Assembly (NCBI RefSeq): GCF_006345805.1
Contig: NC_043003.1
Location: 63,116,001 to 63,180,000, forward strand
Direction of reading: 5' to 3'
From: Octopus sinensis
Lineage: Eukaryota
Length of the DNA stretch: 64,000 nucleotides
Shown here: in pieces, positions 1 to 12,107 of the stretch
Position numbering within the stretch: position 1 is the first letter of the stretch
Layout: the number at the start of each line of letters is the position of its first letter
Position numbers and translations under genes: made by a program
Notes under the pieces: generated by a model
What the model was told of the DNA's origin: nothing
What the model saw: only the letters and a program-made list of their open reading frames with translations
Databases searched by the model: none

Positions 1-166
1 AACAAAAAATAAATCCATAAACATTGAAATATTCGTTAGGAATCTGTCAGGAATCCATTTATGTAAACTCTGTTTAATCTATTCTTCTTTGTATTGAGTT
101 CCGTTTCTGAATATCATTAGTCTTGCAGTGTGCAAGTGTGAACCATCTGTTATAATAGGTATTATA

Positions 167-260
167 GGTGCAAGCATGGCTGTATGGTTAAGAAGCTCAT
201 TTTGCAACCATATGGTTTCAGAGTTAGTCCCATAGCGTGGCACCTTGGGCATCTTCAACT
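167..260 (+). mobile_element. tRNA-headed SINE family A, 5' fragment (interrupted by RTE insertion)
   Basis: ggtgcaagcatggctgtatggttaag...cagagttagtccc...gcaccttgggca matches the head of full copies at 6598, 15476 and 50042. Confidence 0.7.
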
Positions 261-266
261 ATGTAT

Positions 267-1803
267 CATCAATCATCATCATCATCATTTAGCGTCCGTT
301 CTCCATGCTAGTATGGGTTGGACGGTTCAACTGGGGTCTGTGAAGCTGGAAGGCTTCATCAGGCCCAGTCAGATCTGGCAGTGTTTCTACGGCTGGATGC
401 CCTTCCTAACGCCAACCACTCTGTGAGTGTAGTGGGTGCTTTTTACGTGCCACCCGCACAGGTGCCAGACAGAGCTGGCAAACGGCCACGAAACAGATGG
501 TGCTTTTACGTGTCACTGGCACGGGGGCCAGACAGGCTGGCAAACGGCCACGAACGGATGGTGCTTTTACGTGCCACCAACACGGGGGCCAGACAGGGCT
601 GGCAAACGGCCACGAACGGATGGTGCTTTTACGTGTCACTGGCACGGGGGCCAGACAGAGCTGGCAAACGGCCACAAACGGATGGTGCTTTTACGTGTCA
701 CCGGCACGGGGGCCAGGCCAGGCTGGCAATGAACACAAATGGCTGGTGCTTTTACGTGCCACCGACACGGGGGCCAGACAGGGCTGGCAAATGGCTACGA
801 ACGGATGGTGCTTTTACGTGTCACCTGCACGGGGACCCTGATGTTGATCGACCTCAATTTGGTTTGATTTTGATTTTGACTGTTCTCACTGGTCTTGCCG
901 GGTTTTCTCACGCACAGCATACTTCCAAAGGTCTCGGTCACTGGTCATTTCCTTGGTGAGACCTAAAGTTCGAAGGTCGTGCTTCACCACCTCGACCCAG
1001 GTTTTCCTGGGTCTACCTCTTCCACAGGTCCCCTCAACTGCCAGGGTGTGGCACTTTCGCACACAACTATCTTCAGCCATTCTCATCACATGACCATACC
1101 AGCGCATACGTCTCTCTTGCACACAACAACTGATGCTTCTTAGGTTCAACTTTTCTTTCAAGGTACTTACACTCTGTCGATTATGAACACTGACGTTACA
1201 CATCCATCGGAGCATACTAGCTTCATTTCTTGCGAGCTTACGCAAATCCTCAGCAGTCACAGCCCAAGTTTCACTACCATGTAGCATGGTTGTACGTACA
1301 CATGCATCATACAGTCTGCCTTTTACTTTGAGCGAGAGGCCTTTTGTCACCAGCAGGGGTAAGAGCTCTCTAAACTTTGCCAGGCTATTCTTACTCTAGC
1401 AGTTATACTTTCAGCGCACCCACCCCCGCTACTGACTTGGTCACCTAGGTAACGGAAACTATCAACTACTTCTAGCTTTTCTCCCTGGAAAGTGACGGAA
1501 GTTGGTCTCAGAGCATTTTCAGTGTTAATTGTTCCTGAGCATCTGCCACATACAAAAACCATCTTCCTAGTTAGCCTTCCTTTGACATTGCTGCACCTCT
1601 TATGCGTCCATAGCTTACACTTGGTGCATCTTATAGAGTTTCTACCTACACCTTTTCTACAGATCGAGCAGGGCCATCTACCTGAAGGCGTTTGTGATTG
1701 GTCTACCTTCCTACTTATTAGGACTTTGGTTTTGGCTAGGTTGATTCTAAGGCCCTTCGATTCTAAACCTTGTTTCCATACCTGAAACTTCTCCTCTAGT
1801 TCT
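267..1803 (-). mobile_element. RTE-clade LINE, 5'-truncated copy (ORF C-terminus, 3'UTR, (GAT)n tail)
   Basis: Minus-strand ORFs 886-1350 and 1347-1562 encode the RTE C-terminus (LYDACVRTTMLHGSETW...RRMRWYGHVMRM...GRGRPRKTW). The 3'UTR has gagtggttggcgttaggaagggcatccagc and a (GAT)n tail; same family as 7516-10884 and 52191-55092. Confidence 0.92.
436..835. repeat. ~62-bp minisatellite (about 6.5 units) inside RTE 3'UTR
   Basis: Units start gtgcttttacgtg at 436, 500, 561, 623, 685, 746 and 808. Confidence 0.9.
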
Positions 1804-2466
1804 TATATTTGTGTGTGTGTGTGAGTGTTCTACCATGATTATGAGATCATGGTTTCAATTCCAAGGTGGGGTGTAATGTTGTCTTCTTCAGCAAAGCATT
1901 TCATTCCACATTGCCCCAGTCCACTTAGCTGAAAACGTGTTCCAACAGTAGCTGAGGAGTTAATCCAGCAATGAATCAGCATCTCGTTCAGGATTGGGGC
2001 AGGGTAGGGGAGTGTTTTATTTCTCAGCCACTTAGTAGTCTGTGGAAAGTGGGTTAAGCTTTGGTTTCAGGTTCAATCCCACTGTGCTACACCATGGGAA
2101 AGCATGTTCTATAGCCCTGGGTTGACCAATGCCTTGTGAGTGAATCTGGGATATAGAATCTGTGTGAAAGCCAGATGTATATATCTCATCATCACCATCA
2201 TTTAACATCCATTCTGGCATGGATTAGACAGTTTGGCTGGACAGCTTACCAGTCTGCTTTGGTTTGATTACTATAGCTGGATGCTCTTCCTAATGCCAAC
2301 CACTTCAGAGTTTACAGGGTGCCTTTTACTTGTCACTTATACAAGGCTATGACCACATACAAATTACATATTTATGTATGTGTGTGTGTGTGTTTATGTA
2401 TGCATATTTGTATGTATGTATGTTCGTATGTGTGTATTCTTCTATGCATGTATATATATATATATA

Positions 2467-2665
2467 TGATAGATTGTTAGCTCCTACACGCATTTTTCTC
2501 TCTCCTTGTTTTTTTTTGTGTATCTTTCTGTCGAAGAGCGTAGTATCGAAACGTAAAAGACTTTTTCTATTTCTATTCCTGAGCGCTATACAAATACATT
2601 TGTTTCTTTGTACTCCACCTGCCTTCGTCTTTTGTTTATTTTTGCAAACTTTCCCGTTTATATAT
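2467..2665 (+). mobile_element. Penelope-like terminal repeat fragment with hammerhead-like motif
   Basis: UCUUU-CUGUCGA-a-GAGCguagUAUC-GAAAC-GUA-AAAGA at 2523-2560. A homologous copy lies at about 62245-62430 on the minus strand; ends in (TA)n. Confidence 0.55.
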
Positions 2666-2785
2666 ATATATATGTATATATGTTTGTCTTCTAGTTTTTA
2701 ATTATAAATCTTCCATTGAGGAGGGAGCCGGTTAACAACAAAGATACAAGGCTCCATCTTTGAGATGTAGTTAACACAGACAAAT

Positions 2786-3180
2786 TCACATTTGGAACTT
2801 GAGAAAAGACTTGCATATTTTAACTGTTCCACTCACATATTGCACTTGTAATTCATGAATCAGCTGGTCACTTTCTCTTTCTGAAAATCCCAGTTTATCC
2901 AGATTTTCCTTTAAGTATTTACTAACAAAACCTAGTGTTCTAATTATAATTGGTATGAATATGAATTCATAGTCTGGATATAGAAGCTGGAGGTTTCAAA
3001 GCAGTTGTCTGTAGTTACTCTCTTTCTCTATGATTTTCAGAGATATTTATATCTGCAGGGCAGCTAACCTCTATGAAGATACACACCTTTGCCCCTCTTC
3101 CTAATGCCAACCACTCCACAGTGTACTGGGTGCCTTTTACTTGTCACTGACACACTGCTACAACCACATACATATATATA

Positions 3181-3235
<55 letters not shown>

Positions 3236-3700
3236 CAAACAACAACATCTGGCCTGTTATGCCGACATTTGACAGAAGTTTTGATGGGAATATTCCACCA
3301 GTATTCCTTGAGTTGGTGTTTATAAATGTATTCCATAACAGAGGGATTTTCTAAGTTTATTTGTGGATAGCTATTTTTGCAGATGGCATTGTAAATTGCT
3401 TTAGCAACAACACTGTGGCACATAGGGAGGTGGTACCAAGGCAACATTGTCCGACAGCTGCTAATCACATATGTAATATCTTCCACAGAAACATATAGCC
3501 TACATATCTGGCTGTACCTTGGGATTACCTTGGGATTACAAGAGCGTCACTGTCTCTCAACAGGTATTTTGTGGCAATCTCCTGTTCCTGGATTGAAAAC
3601 ACATTGTTTTCAAAGTGTAATGTGATGTCGCGGTCTTGTGTCCAAGAGAGGCCGCACTTTGTATCAATTCTACTGTCTTCTCCAAGCTTCTGGGCAACAT
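2786..3700 (-). pseudogene. RLE-type non-LTR retrotransposon (R4/NeSL-like) C-terminal remnant: zinc-knuckle region and PD-(D/E)xK endonuclease
   Basis: Minus-strand pieces: FSIQEQEIATKYL; EDITYVISSC...CHSVVAKAIY...EYWWNIPIKTSVKCRHNRPDVVVWD; VCIFIEVSCPADINIS; KESNYRQLL*NLQLLYPDYEFIFIPIIIRTLGF...SGTVKICKSFLKFQM*. Broken by a (TA)n/short-repeat insert at about 3090-3230. Confidence 0.8.
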
Positions 3701-4129
3701 GCCCATGCATGGTCTTTTTTGTATGTATGTACATATATATATACATGTGTGAATGTGTGTGTGTCTTGTGTTTGCAACCCACCACTGCTTGACAACTAAT
3801 GCTGGTTTGTTTACATCCCCATAGCTTAGCAGTTCAACAAAAAGAGTTTGATGGAATAAGTTTCAGACTTAAACAATTACTGGGCTTGACTTATTTGACT
3901 AAAACCTTGAAGGTAGTGCTCCAGTATGGCTTAGGCCAATGACTGAAACAAAGATAAAAGATAGGGATACCCATTTATTTATATTCTATAAAAAGGAAAT
4001 AAAATAAAATAAAGGGGTTGGTGTTAGGAAGGACATCCAGCCATAGAACTATTTCAAAACAGACAATTGGAGCCAGGACAGCTCTATGGATGGCCGGAAA
4101 AAAGACATTAAACGATGATGATGATAACC

Positions 4130-4500
4130 ATCATCATCATCAACATCGTTTAATGTTCGTTTTCCATGCTGGCATGGGTTGAACGGTTCGACTGGAGTTT
4201 GGGAAGCCAGGAGGCTGCACATTGCCCCAATCTGATCAGGCAGTGTTTCTACAGATTGACGCTCTTCCTAACACCAACCACTCTGAGAGTGTAGTGGGTG
4301 CTTTTTATGTGCCACCGGCACAGGGGCCAGAGAAGCTGGCATCGACCACAATCGGATGGTGGTTTTTTTATGTGCCACTGGCATGGAAGCCAGTCAAGGT
4401 GGCACTGGTATTGGTCATGTTCGGATGATCCTTTTTACATGCTACTGGCACGGGGCTCACAACTACAATTTCCATTTGATTTGATTTTGATACTGATGTA
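4130..4500 (-). mobile_element. RTE 3'UTR-only fragment
   Basis: (CAT)n followed by cgtttaatgttcgttttccatgctggcatgggttg...gctcttcctaacaccaaccac, matching the RTE 3' end. Confidence 0.75.
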
Positions 4501-4574
4501 CTTGACTCAACTGGTCTCTTCCAGCACAGCATGTCACTATCAGAACAAAGTCTGGATTTTGTGGGGACAGGGAC

Positions 4575-4925
4575 AGCCGATCACATTGACCCCAGTACTC
4601 AACTGGTACTTAATTTATCGACCCTGAAAGAATGAAAGGCAAAGTCGACCTCAGTGGAATTTGAACTCAGAATGTAGCAGCAGATGAAATACCTATTTCT
4701 TTACTACCCATAAAGGGCTAAACACAGAGGGGACAAACAAGGACAGACTAATGGATTAAGTTGATTATATCAACTCCAGTGCGTAACTGGTACTTAATTT
4801 ATCGACCCCGAAAGGATGAAAGGCAAAGTCGACCTCGGCGGAATTTGAACTCAGAATCTAATGGCAGATGAAATACTGCTAAGTATTTCACCTGGCATGC
4901 TAATGATTCTGCCAGCTTGCTGTTT
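4575..4925 (-). mobile_element. tRNA-headed SINE family B (two tandem/nested copies)
   Basis: Reverse complement has gagttcaaattccgccgaggtcgactttgcctttcatcctttcggggtcgataaattaagtaccag (B-box-like motif plus conserved core), as in the plus copy at 43020-43260. Confidence 0.75.
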
Positions 4926-4945
4926 TAATAATAATAATAATAATA

Positions 4946-5150
4946 GGAACAAACAGGGGCTGCAATAAGGGTGGAGCACTTGCAGAAAACAGCACTGCTT
5001 GGAACTGCTCGAATACTCCAGAAGGTGCTCAAAAAATAAGAGGTATTACCTTAGTTCACTGGTAGTAAACAGCTGACACTGTAGTACAACTCCAGCGTTA
5101 GAAGCTGTGCAAAGGCAATGATAATAATAATAATAATAATAGTAATAATG
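4946..5150 (+). mobile_element. RLE-type LINE 3' end flanked by (TAA)n
   Basis: Translates EQTGAAIRVEHLQKTALLGTARILQKVLKK*, typical of an R4/Dong-like C-terminus; short UTR then (TAA)n. Confidence 0.65.
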
Positions 5151-5365
5151 GTTTCAAATTTTCCTATAAGGACAGTAGTTTTGTGGGGAGGGGAAGAGTC
5201 AATTACACTGACCCCAGTGTTCAACTGGTACTTATTTAATCAACTCTGAAAGGATGAAAGGCAAAGTCGACCTTGGCAGAATTTGAACTCAGAACATAGC
5301 AGCAGATGAAATGCCGCTAAGCATTTCACTCGGCTTGCTAACAATTCTACCAGCTCGCCACCTTA
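5143..5365 (-). mobile_element. SINE family B
   Basis: Same core (aaaggcaaagtcgaccttggcagaatttgaactcagaac) and head ccagctcgcc. Confidence 0.7.
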
Positions 5366-5816
5366 ATAATGATAATAATAATAACAATCACATCCTAGCT
5401 ATTAATTTAAAAGCCATATAACATTTTTTGACAAGGCATTTTCAGAAATTGAGACTGGTCTCTGATGACTCTGACATATAGCCTTAGTAATTATTTGTCA
5501 GGAATTAATGGACACTCAGCTAAAATTATTACTGCAATGATGTTATTGTTAAAATGATTTTTACGCAATTTCCATTTTCTTCCAAGTAGAAAGTTCCTTT
5601 TGTGGTCATTTATTTCATTTCATTTCATTATAGAAAACTATTAGCTGCAAATATTTCAGGTATCTTTTCAGATACACATTTGATATCGAAAAGTAAAGAT
5701 ACACTAATGTTTACGGAATAACATAGGGAATATCTAGTTAATACTACATCAGAAAAATTTCATTAAAATATATATATATATATATAGATATATACATGCA
5801 TACATATATGTATATA

Positions 5817-6197
5817 GGCGCAGGCATGGCTGTGTGGTATGAAGTTTGCTTCACAAACAAATGGTTCTGGGTTCAGTCCACTGTGTGGCACCTTATGCGA
5901 GTGTCTTCTACTATAGGTTCAGGCCGACCAAAGCTGTGTGAGTGGATTTGGTAAATGGAAACTGAAAGAGGCCCATCATATATGTGTGTGTGTGTGTGTC
6001 CGTGTTTGTTCCCCCACCATTGCTTGACAACTGATGTTGGTGTGTTTACGTTCCTGTAACTTAGGAGTTCAGCAAAAGAGACCGATAGAATAAGTGCTAG
6101 GCTTACAAAGAATAAGTTCTGGGGTGAAATTGTTCGTCTAAAGACAGTGCCCCAGAATGGCCACTGTCAAATGATTGAAACAAGTAAGAGAATAAGA
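5817..6197 (+). mobile_element. SINE family A, near full length
   Basis: ggcgcaggcatggctgtgtgg head, gggttcagtcc B-box-like motif, internal (TG)n, and gactgaaacaagtaagag-type tail. Confidence 0.8.
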
Positions 6198-6219
6198 GAA
6201 TATAATCCAATTTTCATTC

Positions 6220-6597
6220 TATATAATGGTTGTATGGTTAAGAAGCTTGCTTTGTAACTTCTTGGTTTTGGGTTCAGTACCACTGTGCAGCTGTTTGGGT
6301 GAGTGTCTTTTACAAAAGTTCTGGACTGACAAAAACCCTGTGAGGGAATCTGGTAGAAGGAAACTGTAAAAAGCACCTGTGCTGGCACCATATACAAAGC
6401 ACCTAGTCCACTCTGTAAAGTGGCTGTTGTTAAGAAGGGCATCAAGTTGTAGAAACCATGTCAAAACAGATGACTAGAGCCTGATGCAACCTTAAGTTTC
6501 GTAGCTCCTGTCAAACCATCCAGCCAATGCCAACATGGAAAATGGCAGTTGAATGATGATGATGATGATGATGATGATGATAATGATGATGATGATG
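6220..6597 (+). mobile_element. SINE with family-A head and RTE-derived 3' tail
   Basis: tRNA-like head followed by aaaagcacc...aagggcatc...aaaccatccagccaatgccaacatggaaa and (GAT)n, a decayed version of the RTE 3' end. Confidence 0.6.
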
Positions 6598-6973
6598 ACA
6601 GGAGTGGCTGTGTGGTAAGTAGCTTGCTTACCAACCACATGGTTCTGGGTTCAGTCCCACTGCGTGGCACCTTGGGCAAGTGTCTTCTACTATAGCTTTG
6701 GGCCAACCAAGGCCTTGTGAGTGGATTTGGCAGACGGAAACTGAAAGAAGCTCATTGTATATATGTATATATGTGTGTGTGTGTTTGTCCCCCCCCCCAA
6801 CATCGCTTGACAACTGATGCTCTTGTGTTTACGTCCCCATAACTAAGCGGTTTGGCAAAAGAGACTGATAGAATAAGTACTAGGCTTACAAAGAATAAAT
6901 CCTGGTGTCAATTTGGCGGTGCTCCAGCATGACCGCAGTCAAATGACTGAAACAAGTAAAAGAGTAAAAGAGT
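6598..6973 (+). mobile_element. SINE family A, full length
   Basis: caggagtggctgtgtggtaagtagcttgcttaccaaccacatggttctgggttcagtcccactgcgtggcaccttgggcaagtgtc ... tail (AAGAGT)n. Confidence 0.85.
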
Positions 6974-7347
6974 ATATATTTTTTAACATGAGCACATGTG
7001 TTTGAAAAGGTTAAATGAAAGCGTTCACATCATCATCATCATCATTTAGCATCTGCTTTCCATGTTGGCATAGGTTGGATGGTTTGACTGAAGAAATGCA
7101 AGCTGGGAGGCTGCACCAGGCTCCAGTCTGATCTGGCAAGGTTTCTACAGCTGGATGCCCTTCCTAATGCTAACCACTTTGAGAGCGTAGTGGGTGCTTT
7201 TTCATGTGCCAAAAACACTTCTTCCCCAAAAAAGGTTAGTAACATCTCCATAAAAGATTTCATAACATTTCTTTAAAAAATAATGTTTTTAAAAAAATCA
7301 CCTTTACACTTCAGAAAATGTATTAAGGAATTCTCATAGACTTTGAA

Positions 7348-7385
<38 letters not shown>

Positions 7386-7515
7386 TCACCATCATCATGT
7401 GACCGACCAGTCCATCAGATGTAGTTACACATCGCTGGTCACAATGCGTTCGCATTGTTTTAGCCTTCGAACGACGCCACCCCGCTGGCTAAGCGAGCAG
7501 GCCAATATATATATA

Positions 7516-10500
7516 TATCATCATCATCATCATCATCATCGTTTAACGTCCGCTTTCCATGCTAGTATGGGTTGGACGGTTCAACTGGGGTATGGCAAGC
7601 CCGAAGGCTGCACCAGGCCAGTCAGATCTGGCAGTGTTTCTACAGCTGGATGCCCTTCCTAACGCCAACCACTCCGAGAGTGTAGTGGGTGATTTTATGT
7701 GCCACCGACACAGGTGCCAGACGAGGCTGGCAGATGGCCACGCTCGGATGGTGTTTTTTATGTGCCACCGACACAGGTGCCAGACGAGGCTGGCAGACGG
7801 CCACGCTCGGATGGTGTTTTCTTATGTGTCACCGACACAGGTGCCAGACGGGGCTGGCGGACGGCCACGCTCGGATGGTGTTTGTTACGTGCCCTCAGCA
7901 CTGAGGCCAGTCGTTGCGGTACTGGCTACGATCACATTCGGATGGTTTTCTTATGGGCCACCGGCACTGGTACCACAAGGATACAAATTCCATTGATGTT
8001 CATCTATTTTGATTTGGTTCGATTTGATTTGATTTGATTCGATTCGATTCGATTCTCACTTGCCTCAACAGACGAGGCTGGCGAACGGCTACGATCGGAT
8101 GGTGTTTGTTACGTGCCCACAGCACGGGGCCAGTCGATGCGGTACTGGCTACGGTCCCGTTCGGATGGTTTTCTTATATGCCACTGGCACTGGTACCAGA
8201 AGGATACAAATTCCATTGATGTTCATCTATTTGTTTTGATTCGATTTGACTTGACTTTCACTTGCCTCAACAGGTCTTCACAAGTATCACAAGCAGGAAG
8301 GTATGCACAGGTGGACTGACTACGTCCCAGGTAGTGGCCATGGGTTATGGCTTCACTAGTCTTGCCGGGTCTTCTCACGCACAGCATACTTCCATAGGTC
8401 TCGGTCTCTAGTCATTCCATGGTGAGACCTAACGTTCGAAGGTCGTGCTTCACCACCTCGTCCCAGGTTTTCCTGGGTCTACCTCTTCCACGGGTTCCCT
8501 CAACTGCTAGGGATTGGCACTTTCTCACACACCTATCTTCAGCCATTCTCGCCACATGACCATACCAGCGCAATCGTCTCTCTTGCACACAACAACTGAT
8601 GCTTCTTAGGTACAACATTTCTCTCAAGGTACTAACGCTCTGTCGAGTAAGTACACTGACATTACACATCCATCGAAGCATACTGGCTTCGTTCCTCACA
8701 AGCTTACGCATGTCCTCAGCAGTCACGGCCCATGTTTCACTGCCATGTAGCATAGCTGTTCGTACACATGCATCATACAGTCTGCCTTTTACTCTGAGCG
8801 AGAGGCCTTTAGTCACCAGCAGAGGTAAGAGCTCCCTAAACTTTGCCCAGGCTATTCTTATTCTAGCAGTTACACTTTCAGTGCACCCGCCCCCACTACT
8901 GACTTGGTCACCTAGATAGTGGAAGCTATTAACTACTTCTAGTTTTTCCCCCCGGAAAGTGACGGAAGTTGTTTTCTGCAGATTTTCGGAGGTCAATGCT
9001 CCAGAGCATCTGCCACATACAAAAACTATCTTCCCAGTTAGCCTACCTTTGACATTGCTGCACCTCTTATGTGTCCATAGCTTACACTGGGTACATCTTA
9101 TAGAGTTTCTACCTACACACTTTTCTACACAGATCGAGCAGGGCCATCTTCCTGAGGATATTGTGGATTTTCTAACTTTCTACTTATTAGTACTTTGGTT
9201 TTAGCTAGGTTGACTCTAAGGCCCCTTGATTCTAAACCCTCCTTCCACACCTGGAACTTCTCCTCCAGTTCTGATAGTGACTCAGCGATTAGAGCGAGGT
9301 CGTCAGCATAGAGGAGCTCCCAGGGGCAACCTGTCTTGAATTCCTCCACAATTGCCTGGAGGACTATGATAAATAGGAGGGGGCTGAGTACTGAACCCTG
9401 GTGGACCCCAACCTCTACCTTGAATTCTTTGTGTACATGCTGCCAACTCTAACCTTACTTACGGCATCTCTGTACATGGCTTGCACAGCCCTCACCAGCC
9501 ATTCATCTATCCCTAGTTCCTCATTGACCACCAGATGAGGGAACGGGGGACCCTATCAAAGGCTTTCTCCATGTCAACGAAAGCCAGGTACAGGGGCTTA
9601 TCTTTGGCTAGGTATTTCTCCTGCAGCTGCCTTACCAGGAATATAGCATCAGTGGTGCTTTTCCCTGGGACAACCCAAACTGCATCTCATCTAAACTAAC
9701 TCTCTCTCTAATTAGTTGGGCTATGACCCTCTCCGTAACCTTCATTACCTGATCCAACAGCTTGATACCTCTGTAATTATTTGTATCCAGGGCATCACCT
9801 TTACCTTTGTAGCAGTTGACTAGTATGCTGCTACACCAGTCATTGGGTATGACTCCTTCGTGTATCACCTGGTTGACTATACGGGTGACTAGGTTATAGC
9901 CGACACTGCCAGATATTTTGAGCATCTCTGCAGTAATTCCTGATGGGCCCTGGGCTTTCCCTGTCTTCATGCTCTAATTGCCTTAGCTACCACGGAACTA
10001 TCAACTCGGATAGCTGGTCCCTCTGTTGGGTCAACATTCGGCAGACTCTCTTTATCCCATTCATTTTCTTTATTCAGCAACCTTTCATAGTGGCATCTCC
10101 AAACCTCTCTCTTTGCATCCTCATTTAGCGCAAGTGAACCATCATCCATGCGAACACACTTCTCTCCTACCACATCACGATTCTCTCTCACACACTGTCT
10201 TGCAACACGAAATACCTCAAGTCTTTCATCCTCACGGCTCAGAACATTGGCAAATTTTTTCTTATCCGCTTCCCCTCTGGCTAAATAAACCTGTCTCCTA
10301 GCTTCCCTTTTGGCTGTCTGATACAATTCCCTGCTACCACCGTTCTTCCAGTCCTTCCAAGCCTGTCTCTTTTGTCTAATAGCCTGTCAACCACAGTGTT
10401 CCACCACCATGTTACTCTGGTCGAGATGGTACTTTGCTCCATCCACAGATCTGGTCAGTGGCTGTCAGCAGATTGTCCCGTAGGAATCTCCAGTTGTCTT

Positions 10501-10880
10501 CCACATTAAGTGAAGCTATATCCCCTTCTATTTCGTCAGAGGCTTCGAGTAGTATGTCTCTAAATCTCTGTCCATTGTTGCAGGATCTTTAAGCTTCCAG
10601 ACCCTTCTCCTCCAAGCTGGTCTTCTTCTGGGCAACCATTTAGCTCTGATCCTGAAGTCGCTAACTACTAATCTATGTTGGGGAGTACATTCTTCGCCTG
10701 GGAAGGTTTTGGCATTTATAATCAGCCCTCTTTCCCTTTTTCTGGCAAGGATGTAGTCAATCTGGCTGGTGTGTCTGCCAGAACGGTAGGTGACTAGGTG
10801 AGAGGTGGGTTTCCTGAAGTGGGTATTGCAGACCATAAGGTCATTTGCATCGCAGAACTCCAGCAGCCTGGTTCCTTCCT

Positions 10881-10884
<4 letters not shown>
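7516..10884 (-). mobile_element. RTE-clade LINE, ~3.4 kb 5'-truncated copy
   Basis: (GAT)n tail at about 7516-7540, 3'UTR with minisatellites to about 8355, frameshifted ORF 8356-10884. Confidence 0.95.
8356..10884 (-). pseudogene. RTE ORF (APE endonuclease C-terminal part and reverse transcriptase), multiply frameshifted
   Basis: [14 protein letters not shown]...TYRSGRHTSQIDYIL...QHRLVVSDF (APE); KAQGPSGITAEMLK...NYRGIKLL (RT domains 0-1); CPWELLYADDLAL (catalytic YADD near 9300); C-terminal RWYGHVARM...GRPRKTW. Confidence 0.92.
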
Positions 10885-10948
<64 letters not shown>

Positions 10949-10988
10949 GTCTATGAGAATTCCTTAATACATTTTCCGAAGTGTAAAG

Positions 10989-11100
<112 letters not shown>

Positions 11101-12056
11101 GTATATGTATGTTTCAGTTAAAAGGGTTCATTTGGAATCAAAGTATATCAACATGTAGAATGTTACCCAATAGGCAGGAAAATCTCACAGAGCAGACAGA
11201 TACCATTTATACAGAATAGGAAAACTGTTGTTGGGTAATTCAAGCTGGAAAACCAGAGAGGCTTGGATTGACTGTGTTTAAATTAGTCTGAGAAGTTTGG
11301 AAACCTGTAATGCATGATGAAATGTATTATTAAATAAAGTTTTCTGATGAAACAATTGCTGCAAATTTAAACTCCATTCATTAGTTTTTAATTACACACA
11401 CACACACATTCAATAGTCAACATTTAAAGTGGTGAACAACTTAAATTATTTCCCTATTACAAATTATAAGATGAAAATAATCAACTATTAAAGACGAAGA
11501 AATATTTTATAAAAATTCTAAACCTGAAACTAAACCAGAGACACAGATATGGCTGTGTGGTAAGAAACTTGCTTCACAACCACATGGTTCTAGGTTCAGT
11601 CCTACTGCGGGACACCTTGCGTAAGTGTCTTCTGCTATAGCCTCGGGCCGACCAAAGCCTTGTGAGTGGATAAGGTAGACGGAGACTGAAAGAAGCCTGT
11701 CGTATATATGTATATGTATGTGTGTGTGTGTGTGTCTGTGTTTGTCCCTGCCACCAGTTCAACCAGGGTCTGGGAAGCCAGGAGGCTGCACCAGGCTCCT
11801 GTCTGATCTGGCAGTGTTTCTACAGCTGGATGCCCTTCCTAACGCCGACCACTCCGTGAGAGTAGTGGGTGCTTTTTACATGCCACCAGCATGGGTATCA
11901 CAACTACAAGTTCCATTTGATTTTTATTTTGATGTTGATGTACTTGCCTCAATAGGTCTCCTCAAGCACAGCAGGCCGATATATATATATATATATATAC
12001 ATACACACATATATATATATATATACACACACATATATATATGTATGTGTGTTATG

Positions 12057-12107
<51 letters not shown>

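Noticed and set aside
436-835. CRISPR-like repeat-spacer array (also 7690-7920, 37760-37980, 51570-51790)
   Set aside because: The 'spacers' are homologous to each other, the arrays lie inside RTE 3'UTRs, the DNA is eukaryotic and no cas genes are present.
6598-6680. SINE heads as tRNA genes
   Set aside because: They have A/B-box-like motifs but no closed cloverleaf, and continue into SINE bodies in many copies.
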